This document shows positions 27,105 to 37,621 of a DNA stretch of 64,000 nt, one piece after another. Below the pieces are notes generated by a model that worked only from the letters and a program-made list of their open reading frames with translations, was not told the origin of the DNA and did no database searches. The position numbers and the translations under genes are program-made. Source of the stretch: Christensenellales bacterium (lineage in GTDB: Bacteria > Bacillota > Clostridia > Christensenellales > DTU072). The DNA lies in assembly GCA_050945855.1 (NCBI GenBank), contig JBMNTS010000001.1, positions 21,587-85,586 on the forward strand, given 5' to 3'. The stretch's first letter is position 1, and every line of letters begins with the position of its first letter.

Positions 27105-28472
27105 CTATCTTTTTTTACGTTTATCCTTATACGCTATCAAAAAACCTTTGGGTTGGGAGGCACTCTCCCCGCTTTCCGCTTCGATTTTGCCGCCGAGCTC
27201 TTTGTTGGGCAAATCGGCGTCGTTCTTAGGCACTAAAATCAGGAAAATGCCGCCGATAATAAAGAATATAAGCAAAGCAAGTATGCCCAGGCGGGGATTG
27301 TTGGTGATTTTGGTCATAAAAGCGATTGCTCCGGGGCCGATAACCGCCGCGCCTTTGGAGAATATATCGTACGCGCCGAAAAATTCGTTTGATTTATGCT
27401 TGGGAATGATTTTGGCAAAGTAAGAACGGCTGAGCGCCTGAATACCGCCCTGGAACAGACCCACAAAGAAGGCAAGTATGAAGAAGTCTGTCAAAGCCTT
27501 CATAAAATACGCGTAACCCACAACCAGCGAATAGCCGACAATGCTTATCAGGATAAGGTAGCGGGGGGAGTATTTGCGGGCGGCGGAAGAAAATATGATA
27601 GCGAAAGGCCACGCCACAAATTGGGTCATCAATAACGCGATAACAAGATAAATGGCTTGAATATCCCCGAGTACCTGCTGGGCGTATACCACGCTCATGC
27701 CTATTATCGTGCCTACGCCGTCGATATAGAAGAAGAAAGCCAGTAAAAACATAAAAGGCGCTTTATAGTTGGGCAAATCTCTGAGGGTTTCGCCTATTTT
27801 ACGGAAAGCGTTTCTGATTTGACGGGGCGCGGGCTCTACTCCGTGAATCTGCCTGTAATCGCGCAATAACGGAATGCTTACCAACCCCCACCATGCGCCC
27901 GTTATCGCCATGCCGATAACAATTGCGGTGGAGTCGCCGATGCCTAAAATGGGGTTTTCCTTTGGCATAGTGGATAAGGCGTAAAGAGCAAGGCACACGC
28001 TGAAAGGAATGGTGCTGCCCACATACCCCCAGCCGAAGCCACGACCGGAAACGTCATCGTATCTGTCTTCGGAGGAAACGTCTATCAGCATAGCGTCATA
28101 AAAAACTATGCTGCCCGAAAGCCCTATCCTGCCTATAATAACTATTGCCGCCAAAATGGGAATGCTGTTGCTTATCCCGATAAGGAAGCAGGAAATCACC
28201 CCCAAACCCAGGAATACGGAAAACATCTTTTTCTTCATGCCTTTATTGTCCGCTATCGCGCCCAAAACGGGATTGATAAGGGCAACGCTAAACGCGGATG
28301 CGGAAAGCAGTGTGCCGAAAATAGCGGTAATATCCGTGGAACTGTAGCCTTGACGTGTTGCAAGGGTATTATAGTAGATAGGCAGCAGGGAAGCGACAAT
28401 CATCACAAATGCGGAATTTGCGACGTCATATAGCACCCATGAGCGTTCGGGTTTGGTCAGCTTAAATTTCAT
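27105..28472 (-). CDS. MFS transporter, UMF1/ATG22-like
   Basis: SWVLYDVANSAF, PVLGAIAD, FYDAML, FFFYIDGVGTI, QALSRSYF, EFFG. Confidence 0.88.
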   Translation of the reverse strand: MKFKLTKPERSWVLYDVANSAFVMIVASLLPIYYNTLATRQGYSSTDITAIFGTLLSASAFSVALINPVLGAIADNKGMKKKMFSVFLGLGVISCFLIGISNSIPILAAIVIIGRIGLSGSIVFYDAMLIDVSSEDRYDDVSGRGFGWGYVGSTIPFSVCLALYALSTMPKENPILGIGDSTAIVIGMAITGAWWGLVSIPLLRDYRQIHGVEPAPRQIRNAFRKIGETLRDLPNYKAPFMFLLAFFFYIDGVGTIIGMSVVYAQQVLGDIQAIYLVIALLMTQFVAWPFAIIFSSAARKYSPRYLILISIVGYSLVVGYAYFMKALTDFFILAFFVGLFQGGIQALSRSYFAKIIPKHKSNEFFGAYDIFSKGAAVIGPGAIAFMTKITNNPRLGILALLIFFIIGGIFLILVPKNDADLPNKELGGKIEAESGESASQPKGFLIAYKDKRKKR

Positions 28473-28500
28473 AATACTCTCCTTAAAGGCAAAATAATGA

Positions 28501-29118
28501 TTATCTCAATAACAATTTACTGTTAAGAACGGAAAGGGATACGGCAAAGTTTACGTTTTCCACCACAATATTGTCGGGCACGGACAACCTTATGGGCGCA
28601 AAATTCCATATCGCCGCGATGCCGGCGTCCACCAACAATTGAGCGACTTGTTGCGCGGTGTCCGCAGGCGTGGCAATGATGCCGATTTGAGCGGATATCC
28701 TTTTGGCTTCCTTCTTAATATCCGAAGGGGAACAAATAGTCATATCCTTGATTTTTTTGCCGATTTTATCAGGATTGCTGTCAATCAGCGCGGCTATGGT
28801 AAGCCCGTATTGCTCAAAGCCGGGATAATTTGTAAGCGCGGTGCCCAGATTGCCCACGCCTACCAATACCGCCTTTTTATTATGCTTATATCCCAGCGTG
28901 TTTTCCAGAACCTGTATCAGTTCATCTAAAGAATACCCGATTTTAGGCCTGCCTATAATGCCCGTTTGTTGTAAATCCTTGCGTATCAAAATAGGTATCA
29001 AGTCCAGCTTTTGCGCTATTATGGTGCAGGAAATATAAGTTTCGCCGTTCTCTTTTTCTTCCAGAGCAGCTTTATAATACAGCGGTAATCTTCTTAAAGT
29101 AGGCTCAGAGATTCCCAT
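28501..29118 (-). CDS. rex: Redox-sensing transcriptional repressor Rex
   Basis: TLRRLPLY, IRKDL, G.GY, VGVGNLGTAL, IWNFAP. Start ATG 29118 after GGGGAGG; promoter TTGACT-17-TATAAT. Confidence 0.93.
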   Translation of the reverse strand: MGISEPTLRRLPLYYKAALEEKENGETYISCTIIAQKLDLIPILIRKDLQQTGIIGRPKIGYSLDELIQVLENTLGYKHNKKAVLVGVGNLGTALTNYPGFEQYGLTIAALIDSNPDKIGKKIKDMTICSPSDIKKEAKRISAQIGIIATPADTAQQVAQLLVDAGIAAIWNFAPIRLSVPDNIVVENVNFAVSLSVLNSKLLLR

Positions 29119-29300
29119 ATAGTCCTCCCCAAATATTTTATCTAAATTATATATCAAAAATAAGGTCAAGTCAAGGTATAAGGATTTTTTTACCGATTAG
29201 GGCGGATAAATAATTTTTGCAATAATAAAAACTTTGCATTGATTCTGATATTAATGTGTGCTAAACTAAACAATGTTAAAAAATTACACCGAGGGCTAAA

Positions 29301-30860
29301 ATGACCGTTTACAAAAGCAATATTATCACTTGCAATGCAAATTACGATACCTTCCAATACCTTGCCGAAGAAGATGGCATAATTAAATACGTAGGCAATT
29401 CCTTGCCCGAAAAATATCGCACACAGCCCCTTATAGACCTGAGCGATAAGGCGATTATTCCCACATTCAGCGATAATCATACGCACTTTGTGTCTTACGC
29501 GGTACTGTCCATGGCGCTTGATATCAGCAATATCAAAAGCAACGCGGAGATTAAAGAGCTGATTCGAAAAAGAAATTCCAAAAAAACGGTTTTCGCTTTC
29601 GGTGCCAATAAAACCAAAGTGACCGAACAGACATTTATCACAAAAGAGGATTTGGACGAGGTATGCCCCAACGTTTACGCTGTGCTGATAACCTCGGACG
29701 GACACGGCATGATTGTCAACAGCAAAGCTCTGCGCTCCCTGCCCCAAAGCATTAAAACCACCAGAGGGTACAATCCCGACAGCGGTCTGATTATTAATGA
29801 AGCGTTTTACGTAGCGGTATCCGCTCTTAGCAAACTGCTCCCCAAAAAAGATATTATTGCTTCTTTTGCAAACGCCATTGACAGAATGGCAAAAAGGGGT
29901 ATCGGGCATTTTGTATGCTGCGTAGGCTCCTCCTTTCCTAAGGACATTGACGTAAATTTATTTATTTGGGCTGCCAAAGGGCAGCGAAGCGGAGTCCAAA
30001 TGCGCATTATGTATCAGACCTTTAACGTAGATAAGGTCACAAAAAGAGGCTTGCCGAGGCTGGGAGGGTGTTTTGAGTGCGCCCTGGACGGCAGCATCGG
30101 TCTGCGTGACGCTGCGCTTAATGAGCCCTATTGCGGTACCGACAACAAAGGCATATTGTATCATACGGATGAAGAACTGATGGAAAAAGTAAGCCGCGCC
30201 AACAAAAGCGGACTGAGTGTGCAGATGCACGCCATAGGCGACGCCGCTTTTGACCAAGCCGTCCGCGCCATCAAATACGCTTTGGACGAATGCCCGCGCG
30301 CCGACCACAGGCACGGCATAATCCACGCTTCCATGCCAACGGAAGAGGGTATGCGGATTTGCAAGGAATATAATATTCAGATAATAGCACAATTTGCTTT
30401 TTTGGATTTGCAAGGCAACAATTTCGAGCCCATGTATGAGGCGCTTGGCGAAAGGGTTTACGCGGCGGAGCCGTACAGGCAACTGTGGGATTTGGGACTG
30501 GTGATTTCAGCGGGCAGCGACGCCCCCGTTACCGAACCCGACCCCATTCAATGGCTGAATAAAGCCTGCAACAACCTTAATTACAAAAACAGGTTATCTG
30601 TCGGGGAAGCGCTCCGCGCTTGCACCCACAACGGCTACTACTCCACCTTTGACGAGGACAAAAGAGGCAGTCTGGAAGAAGGAAAAATCGCAGATATGGT
30701 TATCCTCAGCAAAAACCCATACGCTATAGATAAAAAGGAATTGGGCGCTCTTGAAGTAGAGGCTACCATTTTTGCGGGTAAGAAATACGAAAGACCCAAA
30801 GGCGGCATACTTTCCGCCATCGCAAGGGGCATTTTTACGCCGGCAAACAAAAATTATTAA
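29301..30860 (+). CDS. Amidohydrolase family 3 (YtcJ-like) metal-dependent hydrolase
   Basis: FSDNHTH, DGSIG, QMHAIGD, GSDAP, GSLEEGKIADMVIL. Confidence 0.88.
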   Translation: MTVYKSNIITCNANYDTFQYLAEEDGIIKYVGNSLPEKYRTQPLIDLSDKAIIPTFSDNHTHFVSYAVLSMALDISNIKSNAEIKELIRKRNSKKTVFAFGANKTKVTEQTFITKEDLDEVCPNVYAVLITSDGHGMIVNSKALRSLPQSIKTTRGYNPDSGLIINEAFYVAVSALSKLLPKKDIIASFANAIDRMAKRGIGHFVCCVGSSFPKDIDVNLFIWAAKGQRSGVQMRIMYQTFNVDKVTKRGLPRLGGCFECALDGSIGLRDAALNEPYCGTDNKGILYHTDEELMEKVSRANKSGLSVQMHAIGDAAFDQAVRAIKYALDECPRADHRHGIIHASMPTEEGMRICKEYNIQIIAQFAFLDLQGNNFEPMYEALGERVYAAEPYRQLWDLGLVISAGSDAPVTEPDPIQWLNKACNNLNYKNRLSVGEALRACTHNGYYSTFDEDKRGSLEEGKIADMVILSKNPYAIDKKELGALEVEATIFAGKKYERPKGGILSAIARGIFTPANKNY

Positions 30861-30917
30861 ATATATTTTCAGCCGATAGGATTCTTTTCTGTTACCGTAT
30901 CAATAAGATAAGGCGAT

Positions 30918-31814
30918 TTATGATTGTTTGTGGTTTTTTCCGGGTTGAATAAAAACCGAACTTAGAATGGATAAAAAGATTATCGCGCCCCCTATCGCTA
31001 TCCACTTGTTGAACTGCTCATAGCCCAGCATCAGGGAAAATATTACGGCAAAGACTGATTCCGAGCATAAAATCGTGGATACCGTGGTGGCTTTTATGTG
31101 CGCCTGGGTAAAAGTCTGCATCAAGTAGGCAAAGCCTGTGGAAAAAACGCCCAAGAATAACGCGCCTAATATAAAATAAGGCATTTCTATATTTACATAC
31201 AGTTGCCTTTCGGTAATTACGGAAAGAATAAGACCCATAATACCCACCCCTGCCAGTTGCACGAAAGTAAAGTTGGTGGAATCGTATTTATGGCTTTCCT
31301 TTTCCAGCAATATAAAGTGTATGGCAAAGAACAGCGCCGCGCCCAGCGACAGTAAATCTCCTGCATTCATATTCATATTTTCGGAAAAAATCTCAAAAAA
31401 TATAAACATCCCAACAATACATACGCTCGCGTCCGCCAACGGCTTGACCGCCTTTTTGCGGAATAACGCTATGGAGAGCAAGGCTGTAAAGATTACGTAT
31501 ACGCCGGTAAGCATACCGTTTTTTGAGGGAGTTGTATACTTGGCGGCATAGCTCTGCAACACAAAAGCCGTCAAAAGCACGCAGGAAATTACCGCTCCCG
31601 AATATACTTCGTTTTTGGATATGGGCGGCGATTTTAATATCGGTCTGGCGCAAAGCAGCGACAGCGCGCCCACTATAAAGCGTATCGCCACCAACAAAAA
31701 AACCGGGGTGCCGTGGTCCAACATTAGTTTGACTATGGAAAAGCCCATACCCCATACGGCGCTGACTGCGATAAGCAATAAAACTAGAGTCAACCTTCCG
31801 GTTTTTGAATTCAT
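30918..31814 (-). CDS. DMT/EamA family transporter
   Basis: VWGMGF, AIRF, GDLLSL, ESVFA; 10 TM in two repeats. Confidence 0.88.
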   Translation of the reverse strand: MNSKTGRLTLVLLLIAVSAVWGMGFSIVKLMLDHGTPVFLLVAIRFIVGALSLLCARPILKSPPISKNEVYSGAVISCVLLTAFVLQSYAAKYTTPSKNGMLTGVYVIFTALLSIALFRKKAVKPLADASVCIVGMFIFFEIFSENMNMNAGDLLSLGAALFFAIHFILLEKESHKYDSTNFTFVQLAGVGIMGLILSVITERQLYVNIEMPYFILGALFLGVFSTGFAYLMQTFTQAHIKATTVSTILCSESVFAVIFSLMLGYEQFNKWIAIGGAIIFLSILSSVFIQPGKNHKQS

Positions 31815-31858
31815 ATATACCTCAATAGTGCGCTATTATCAATTACTGTATCCTTTTA

Positions 31859-32422
31859 TTACGCGGGGAAAAGCTGCCTGACGTATACGGGTCTGTAGAC
31901 AAGCGTGCCCCCGATATTCTCCGAACTCATCAATTCGCATGATTCCGCCCGAAAGGAAAAAGGCTCAAAGCTAATCTTATCCAGCATGTTTTTGTCGATG
32001 ACCACATCCCTGCCCAAGGTGAGATGGGGCTTATATACTCTGTCCTCCAAATCAAATCCGCTTTTCTTTAATGCGTCCGCAAGCTGTACCCGAAGAACAA
32101 AAAGCGCTTTGTTCCGCTCAACCCCCACCCAGACAATACTGCCCTTTCTGCCCCCGAACGCGCCCAGCCTGTTCACGGTTATCATAAACGGGGGCGCGGT
32201 TATTTCGTCCATAACCTTTTTAATTGCGCATAAGCGCTCCGGCGGCGTTTGACCTATAAAAACTAAGGTCAGATGCAGATTCTCCTCTCTTGTATATCTG
32301 CCCTTTTGCGCCATTTCCTTTACGGCAAGCTGCGCGGCGGTAAGCTTGTCTTTTATCGGCTTAGGAAAATTGATTGCTATAAACAGGCGCATATTTTGTT
32401 CCTTTTTACTAAGCTCTTTCAT
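31859..32422 (-). CDS. thpR: RNA 2',3'-cyclic phosphodiesterase (2H phosphoesterase, ThpR/LigT)
   Basis: MRLFIAI and two HxT motifs (NLHLTL, PHLTLGR); exact start uncertain. Confidence 0.9.
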   Translation of the reverse strand: MKELSKKEQNMRLFIAINFPKPIKDKLTAAQLAVKEMAQKGRYTREENLHLTLVFIGQTPPERLCAIKKVMDEITAPPFMITVNRLGAFGGRKGSIVWVGVERNKALFVLRVQLADALKKSGFDLEDRVYKPHLTLGRDVVIDKNMLDKISFEPFSFRAESCELMSSENIGGTLVYRPVYVRQLFPA

Positions 32423-32526
32423 TGACACTCCCTTATTGCAACCTTTAGCTTGTCGCCTGCCCTCTTCCCTATTTTTGCCCTGATTTATCCTTAATTGCGA
32501 CAGGATAAAAATTTTTGCTTATAAAT

Positions 32527-32580
32527 AAAAAAAAAGGTAAGATTTTGCCGTTGTCGCTAAGAACTTGTCAAAATCTCGCC
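32527..32580 (-). terminator. Probable terminator of the tRNA operon
   Basis: AGATTTTG...CAAAATCT inverted repeat followed by a long T-run on the minus strand. Confidence 0.5.
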
Positions 32581-32594
32581 GTTTCTTTTCAAGC

Positions 32595-32683
32595 TGGTGC
32601 CGTTGATCGGACTTGAACCGATACGATTTTTTAAAATCGAGGGATTTTAAGTCCCTTGCGTCTGCCTGTTCCGCCACAACGGC
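32595..32683 (-). tRNA. tRNA-Leu(TAA)
   Basis: GCCGTTG acceptor stem, anticodon loop CT-TAA-AA, long variable arm, GTTCAAGTC T-loop, encoded CCA; 89 nt. Confidence 0.96.
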
Positions 32684-32687
32684 ATTT

Positions 32688-32762
<75 letters not shown>

Positions 32763-32765
32763 TTA

Positions 32766-32840
32766 TGGAGCGGGAAACGAGATTCGAACTCGCGACATTC
32801 GCCTTGGCAAGGCGACGCTCTACCACTGAGCCATTCCCGC
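32766..32840 (-). tRNA. tRNA-Gly(GCC)
   Basis: GCGGGAA stem, TT-GCC-AA loop, GTTCGAATC, TCCA end; 75 nt. Confidence 0.96.
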
Positions 32841-32891
32841 TTATATCCTTGCCTTTGCCCTTTACGCGCTTGGCGCGATAACAGCTTATAC

Positions 32892-32920
32892 AATATAACA
32901 AATATACTCAAAAAAATCAA
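32892..32920 (-). promoter_or_regulatory. sigmaA-type promoter of the tRNA cluster
   Basis: TTGATT-17 bp-TATATT. Confidence 0.6.
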
Positions 32921-32985
32921 GCGGTTAAAGCATTTTTGGTAAAATGGTTATGCCGTCTTTTGATTTTTTTATCTGTGCGCAGCTT

Positions 32986-33657
32986 TTACTTTTTGCTTAA
33001 ATCGGGTCTGTCCGCAAGTCCGCTGTCCGAATACTTTTTGTCAGGCGTCCTGCCCTCCCGCCTTGCAAGCTCCGCGTATATGTCGCTTAATTCTATGCCG
33101 GAATTGCTCATTAATACCATTGTATGATAGAGAAGGTCGCATAGCTCCATAATCAGGGAGTCTTTTTCTCCGTTTTTTGCGGCAATCAGCACTTCGGCGC
33201 ATTCTTCGGAAAGCTTTTTTAATATCTTATCCTGTCCTTTATCGTAAAGATAGTTGGTATAGCTCCCCGCAATTGGATTAGTCTTTCTGTCCTTGATTGT
33301 CGCCATCAAATCGCCGATAATCTTGTAATCGGAGCCGTCTTGTCCGCACAGGGAGCGGTAAAAACAGCTTTGGCTTCCCGTATGGCAGGCCGCGCCCGTT
33401 TGTTCCACCTTAAAAAGCAGGCTGTCGCCGTCGCAATCCGCAAAGCCGCATACGACCTTTTGAATATGGCCGCTGGTCTCTCCCTTTTTCCATAATTGTT
33501 GCCTGGAACGGGAAAAATAATGCATATAGCCCGTATTTAGGGTTTTCTCCAGCGCTTCCTCATTCATATAAGCCTGCATCAGCACACGTCCGGAATATAT
33601 GTCCTGAGCGATAACGGGTATCAGCCCGTTTGCGTCAAATTTCAAATCCTTGCCCAT
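32986..33657 (-). CDS. hisIE: Bifunctional phosphoribosyl-AMP cyclohydrolase / phosphoribosyl-ATP pyrophosphatase
   Basis: [46 protein letters not shown]. Confidence 0.96.
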   Translation of the reverse strand: MGKDLKFDANGLIPVIAQDIYSGRVLMQAYMNEEALEKTLNTGYMHYFSRSRQQLWKKGETSGHIQKVVCGFADCDGDSLLFKVEQTGAACHTGSQSCFYRSLCGQDGSDYKIIGDLMATIKDRKTNPIAGSYTNYLYDKGQDKILKKLSEECAEVLIAAKNGEKDSLIMELCDLLYHTMVLMSNSGIELSDIYAELARREGRTPDKKYSDSGLADRPDLSKK

Positions 33658-33667
33658 AATATCTCCT

Positions 33668-34423
33668 CTATATTTTTACGTTTACGCCGTTGGCCGCAAG
33701 ATATTCTTTTAGCTCCATAATATTTATTTCGTTAAAATGGAACAGCCCCGCAGCCAGCGCGCCGTCCGCGCCGCCCTCGGTCAGCGCCTGCAGAAAATGC
33801 TCCCTGCTGCCCGCTCCGCCCGATGCGATAACAGGTATCTTTACGCAGGAACTAATTTGCCTGGTGATTTCTATATCGTAGCCCGCTTTGGTGCCGTCGC
33901 AATCCATGGAAGTGAGCAGGATTTCGCCCGCGCCCAGCCTTTGGACTTGCTTTGCCCACTCTATGGCGTCCAGTCCCGTATTGACTCTTCCGCCGTTGAT
34001 AAACACCTTGTAATTATCCTCGACTTTTTTTACGTCTATGGCTACCGTAATGCGCGCGCCTCCAAACTTTTTTGCCGCCTGTTCTATTAATTCGGGCGTT
34101 TTTACGGCGGCGGAATTCATGGAAACTTTGCTTGCGCCTATGTCAAGCAAAGTCTGAATATGCTCTATACTGCCGATTCCGCCTCCGATGGTTAGAGGTA
34201 TGGAAACCTGCTTTGCCGCCTTGCCTATGGTATCCAACATAGTGGAACGCTTCTCGTGCGTTGCGGAAATATCCAAAAACACGATTTCGTCCGCTCCCGC
34301 CTCATTATATTTTTTGGCTATCTCCACGGGGTCGCCGGCATCTTTTAAGTCCACAAAATTAACGCCTTTGACTACTCTGCCCTTATAAATATCCAAACAG
34401 GGGATTATTCTTTTTTGCCGCAT
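33668..34423 (-). CDS. hisF: Imidazole glycerol phosphate synthase cyclase subunit
   Basis: [46 protein letters not shown]. Confidence 0.97.
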   Translation of the reverse strand: MRQKRIIPCLDIYKGRVVKGVNFVDLKDAGDPVEIAKKYNEAGADEIVFLDISATHEKRSTMLDTIGKAAKQVSIPLTIGGGIGSIEHIQTLLDIGASKVSMNSAAVKTPELIEQAAKKFGGARITVAIDVKKVEDNYKVFINGGRVNTGLDAIEWAKQVQRLGAGEILLTSMDCDGTKAGYDIEITRQISSCVKIPVIASGGAGSREHFLQALTEGGADGALAAGLFHFNEINIMELKEYLAANGVNVKI

Positions 34424-35127
34424 AAATCCAGCGCCTCCGATAAATTTATCCTGCCTTCGTACAAAGCCTTGCCCATTATCGCTCCGTAAATGTTTTTCTC
34501 GGCAAGGTTTACGATATCGTCATACCCCGACAAACCGCCGGAGGCAATAACGTTCATTCCCGTTTCCCTTTGCAGCTTTTCGCACGCCTCCGCGTTGATG
34601 CCGAAGAGCGCGCCGTCACGGCTGATATCCGTATATACTATATCGCTGATACCGTATTCCTTTAACCTTAAGGCAACCTCAAGCGGGGTAAGCGGAGCCT
34701 CTTCCACCCACCCTTTTATGCGCAACCTGCCATCCATCGCGTCAAGACCCGCCACAATCCTGTCCTTATAAATTGCCGCCGCCTTCTCCACCTCTTGGGG
34801 AGACTGGACGCATATGCTTCCCGCGATTACCCTGTCGTACCCAAGCTCGTCAAGACAGTATTTTATCTTGTCAGCCGTGCGTATGCCCCCGCCCAACTGC
34901 AGCGTGGCGTCCGTGTTTTCGCGAATGGCGGCAAGGATGTCCTTGTTTATATCCGAATTATCAAACGCGCCGTTCAGATCCACAATATGTATATACCGGG
35001 CGCCCAAACTCGTCCATTTGACCGCCATTTCCACAGGGTCGCCGTAAACGGTTACATTATCTCTTTTGCCGTAGAGCAGTCTTACCGCTTTCTTATCCAG
35101 TATATCTATAGCGGGGAAAAGTTTCAT
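34405..35127 (-). CDS. hisA: ProFAR isomerase
   Basis: [43 protein letters not shown]. Confidence 0.96.
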   Translation of the reverse strand: MKLFPAIDILDKKAVRLLYGKRDNVTVYGDPVEMAVKWTSLGARYIHIVDLNGAFDNSDINKDILAAIRENTDATLQLGGGIRTADKIKYCLDELGYDRVIAGSICVQSPQEVEKAAAIYKDRIVAGLDAMDGRLRIKGWVEEAPLTPLEVALRLKEYGISDIVYTDISRDGALFGINAEACEKLQRETGMNVIASGGLSGYDDIVNLAEKNIYGAIMGKALYEGRINLSEALDLCGKKE

Positions 35128-35128
35128 A

Positions 35129-35716
35129 TTAATCTAAGATGCCTTTGGAGGAAGGTATGCCCTTGCCCGATATTTTGACCGCCTCCGCCAGCGCCCTTGC
35201 CACGCCTTTGAATATGCTCTCCGCTATATGGTGAAAATTGGAGCCGTATACGTAATTTATGTGCAGGGTAATGCCGGCGTTAACAGTAAAGGCGCGCAAA
35301 AACTCTTCGATAAGCTGACAATCAAATTCCCCTATCTTTCCGCCTTCGGATAAAGGAGGCACATTGTAGACCAGCAGGCTTCTGCCCGAAACGTCCAAAT
35401 CCACTCTGGTCAACGCCTCATCCATGGGAATGCTCTTGTTGCCGAATCTGGTTATGCCCCATTTGTCGCCTAAGGCGGTATGAACGCATTTGCCCAAAGC
35501 TATGCCTATATCCTCCACCGAATGATGAAAGTCTACGAATATATCGCCTGAGCAAATCACCGTCAAATCAAAGTTGCCGTGAGCGGAAAAAAGCTCCAGC
35601 ATATGATTGAAAAAACCTATCTTGGTATCAATGGTGCGTTCTCCCTTGCCGTCCAGATTTATAGACACAAAGGTATCCGTTTCCGCGGTTTTCCTGCTCA
35701 ATTCGCTTTTCCTCAT
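35129..35716 (-). CDS. hisB: Imidazoleglycerol-phosphate dehydratase
   Basis: RKTAET, FFNHML, DFHHSVED, PMDEAL, NFHHIAESIFK. Confidence 0.97.
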   Translation of the reverse strand: MRKSELSRKTAETDTFVSINLDGKGERTIDTKIGFFNHMLELFSAHGNFDLTVICSGDIFVDFHHSVEDIGIALGKCVHTALGDKWGITRFGNKSIPMDEALTRVDLDVSGRSLLVYNVPPLSEGGKIGEFDCQLIEEFLRAFTVNAGITLHINYVYGSNFHHIAESIFKGVARALAEAVKISGKGIPSSKGILD

Positions 35717-36993
35717 TTTTGACCTCCTTGGGGTATCCTTATTTTGACCGAATTTGCGTGCGCTCCGAAGCCTTCTGCCGTCGCAAGATCGTAAATATAC
35801 GGCGCAGCGTTGTAAAATTGCTCTTTGTCATATTTGATGTAACTCATTTTTCTGCAAAAGGTATCCGTATTTAGCGCTTGGAAAAATCTGGCGGAACCGC
35901 TGGTGGGCAAAACGTGGCTGGGTCCCGCAAAGTAATCCCCTAACGCCTCCGGAGAGTATTCGCCAATAAATATCGCTCCGGCATTGTTAATTTGCTCCGC
36001 GTACTCTTCGGCATTTCTGCAGATTATCTCCAGATGCTCGGGGGCTATTATATCGGCTACCTCGCACGCAAGGCGCATATTCTTCACCAGAATTACAGCG
36101 CCGTTGTTTTGCAGAGATTTTTTTATGATTTCCGCTCTTGCCAAACTGCCTGTTTGCCTCTCCAACTCAATCTGCACTTCGTCCGCAAGCCGGGGGCTGT
36201 CCGTCACCAGATACGCCGCGGAAAGCTCGTCATGCTCCGCCTGTCCCAGCATATCCGCGGCAACAATATCCGCCCTCGCACTCTCGTCCGCGACAATCGC
36301 TATTTCGCTGGGACCCGCGGTCATATCTATTTTCACCGTGCCGAACAATTCCTTTTTTGCCAATGTCACGTAAATATTGCCCGGCCCCGCTATTACGTCT
36401 ACTTTGGGTATACTTTCCGTACCGTAGGCCATAGCGGCAACCGCTTGCGCTCCCCCTACCCTGTAGACGCGCTCTACGCCGCATTCCGCAGCCGCCGCTA
36501 AGGTAAGAGGATTGCTAAGGTTTGGGGAACACATTATTATCTCTTTTACGCCCGCGGCCTTGGCTACCAACGCCGTCATCAGCACGCTGGAAGGATACGC
36601 CGCCGTTCCGCCGGGAACGTAAATCCCCGCTCTTTTTAAGGGGCGGATAAGCGCGCCCGTGGCAATTCCGTTACCGGTGTGTATATTGTCGCTGCTTTTT
36701 TGCTTTAAGTGGTAATCGTATATATTTTTAGCCGCTTTTTTTATAGCCGTCATCAAATTGGGCGGCACTGCCCTGCGGGCTTGCTCTATTTCCTCTTTGC
36801 TTACGGCAATATTGTCCTTGTTTAATTGCAGCCTGTCAAACTTCAGGGTGTAATCAAAAACAGCCTCGTCCCCCCTTTGGCGCACATCCTTGATAATGGA
36901 GCGCACCGAAAGGGCGATATCCTCTTTTTCCAGGTAATTATGAGTAAAAATTGCTTTTATATCCTCACCGGGATAACGGTATACCTTAATCAT
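35713..36993 (-). CDS. hisD: Histidinol dehydrogenase
   Basis: YVPGGTAAYPSSVLM, GGAQA, GPGN, AGPSE, QAEHD, APEHLE, GPSHVLPT. Likely start 36993 (MIKVY) after GAGG. Confidence 0.97.
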   Translation of the reverse strand: MIKVYRYPGEDIKAIFTHNYLEKEDIALSVRSIIKDVRQRGDEAVFDYTLKFDRLQLNKDNIAVSKEEIEQARRAVPPNLMTAIKKAAKNIYDYHLKQKSSDNIHTGNGIATGALIRPLKRAGIYVPGGTAAYPSSVLMTALVAKAAGVKEIIMCSPNLSNPLTLAAAAECGVERVYRVGGAQAVAAMAYGTESIPKVDVIAGPGNIYVTLAKKELFGTVKIDMTAGPSEIAIVADESARADIVAADMLGQAEHDELSAAYLVTDSPRLADEVQIELERQTGSLARAEIIKKSLQNNGAVILVKNMRLACEVADIIAPEHLEIICRNAEEYAEQINNAGAIFIGEYSPEALGDYFAGPSHVLPTSGSARFFQALNTDTFCRKMSYIKYDKEQFYNAAPYIYDLATAEGFGAHANSVKIRIPQGGQK

Positions 36994-37621
36994 CTGTCCT
37001 CGCAAGCGCTTTTTTTATTGCTTGAATAAGCGGCGAAATAACTTCCCTTTTTGTTTTCAGGCTGACCTTGTTTACCACAAAGCGCGCGCTGCTTGTGGCT
37101 ACTTCGTCCAGTATTGCCAAATCGTTTTCCGCCAGCGTTCTGCCGCTTTCCACAATATCCAAAATTACGTCCGAAAGCCCGATTACCGGTCCTAATTCCA
37201 CGCTGCCGGACAGTTTTATAATTTCTATGTTTTGTTGTTTTTCCGCAAAATACTTTTTAGCGCAGTTGACGTATTTGGTGGCGACGCGCAAATTGTTGAT
37301 GCCTATAAAATCGGTGCCCGGCCTGCCTGCTATAACCAGTCTGCAGCCCGAAAAGCCCAAATCCAGCAGTTCGTAGATATTGCTTTCGCTCTCTAAAATG
37401 GTATCTTTGCCGCAAATGCCTATATCCGCCACTCCGTGCTCCACATAAGTGGGAACGTCCAGCGGTTTGACAAAAATAAATCTCAAGGTTTCCTTCTCAT
37501 CGGTAAAAATCAGCTTTCTGCTGTCCACCTTGAGAAAAGACAAATCCAGCCCCGCTTTTTCCAGCAGGGCAATGCTTTTTTCCGCCAGTCTTCCTTTTGC
37601 GAGCGCAACGGTAATATTCAT
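36986..37621 (-). CDS. hisG: ATP phosphoribosyltransferase, short form
   Basis: ALAKGRL, DVPTYVE.GVADIGICGKD, VATKY, GSVELGP, DIVESG.TL. Confidence 0.96.
   Translation of the reverse strand: MNITVALAKGRLAEKSIALLEKAGLDLSFLKVDSRKLIFTDEKETLRFIFVKPLDVPTYVEHGVADIGICGKDTILESESNIYELLDLGFSGCRLVIAGRPGTDFIGINNLRVATKYVNCAKKYFAEKQQNIEIIKLSGSVELGPVIGLSDVILDIVESGRTLAENDLAILDEVATSSARFVVNKVSLKTKREVISPLIQAIKKALARTDD

Noticed and set aside
29190..29909. 239-aa minus-strand ORF
   Set aside because: Antisense to the amidohydrolase, which has clear catalytic motifs.
23719..32595. Possible genomic island integrated at the tRNA-Leu 3' end (mixed-orientation transporters and hydrolases)
   Set aside because: No integrase or transposase, no duplicated tRNA 3' end noticed, composition looks host-like by eye, and the block contains rex.
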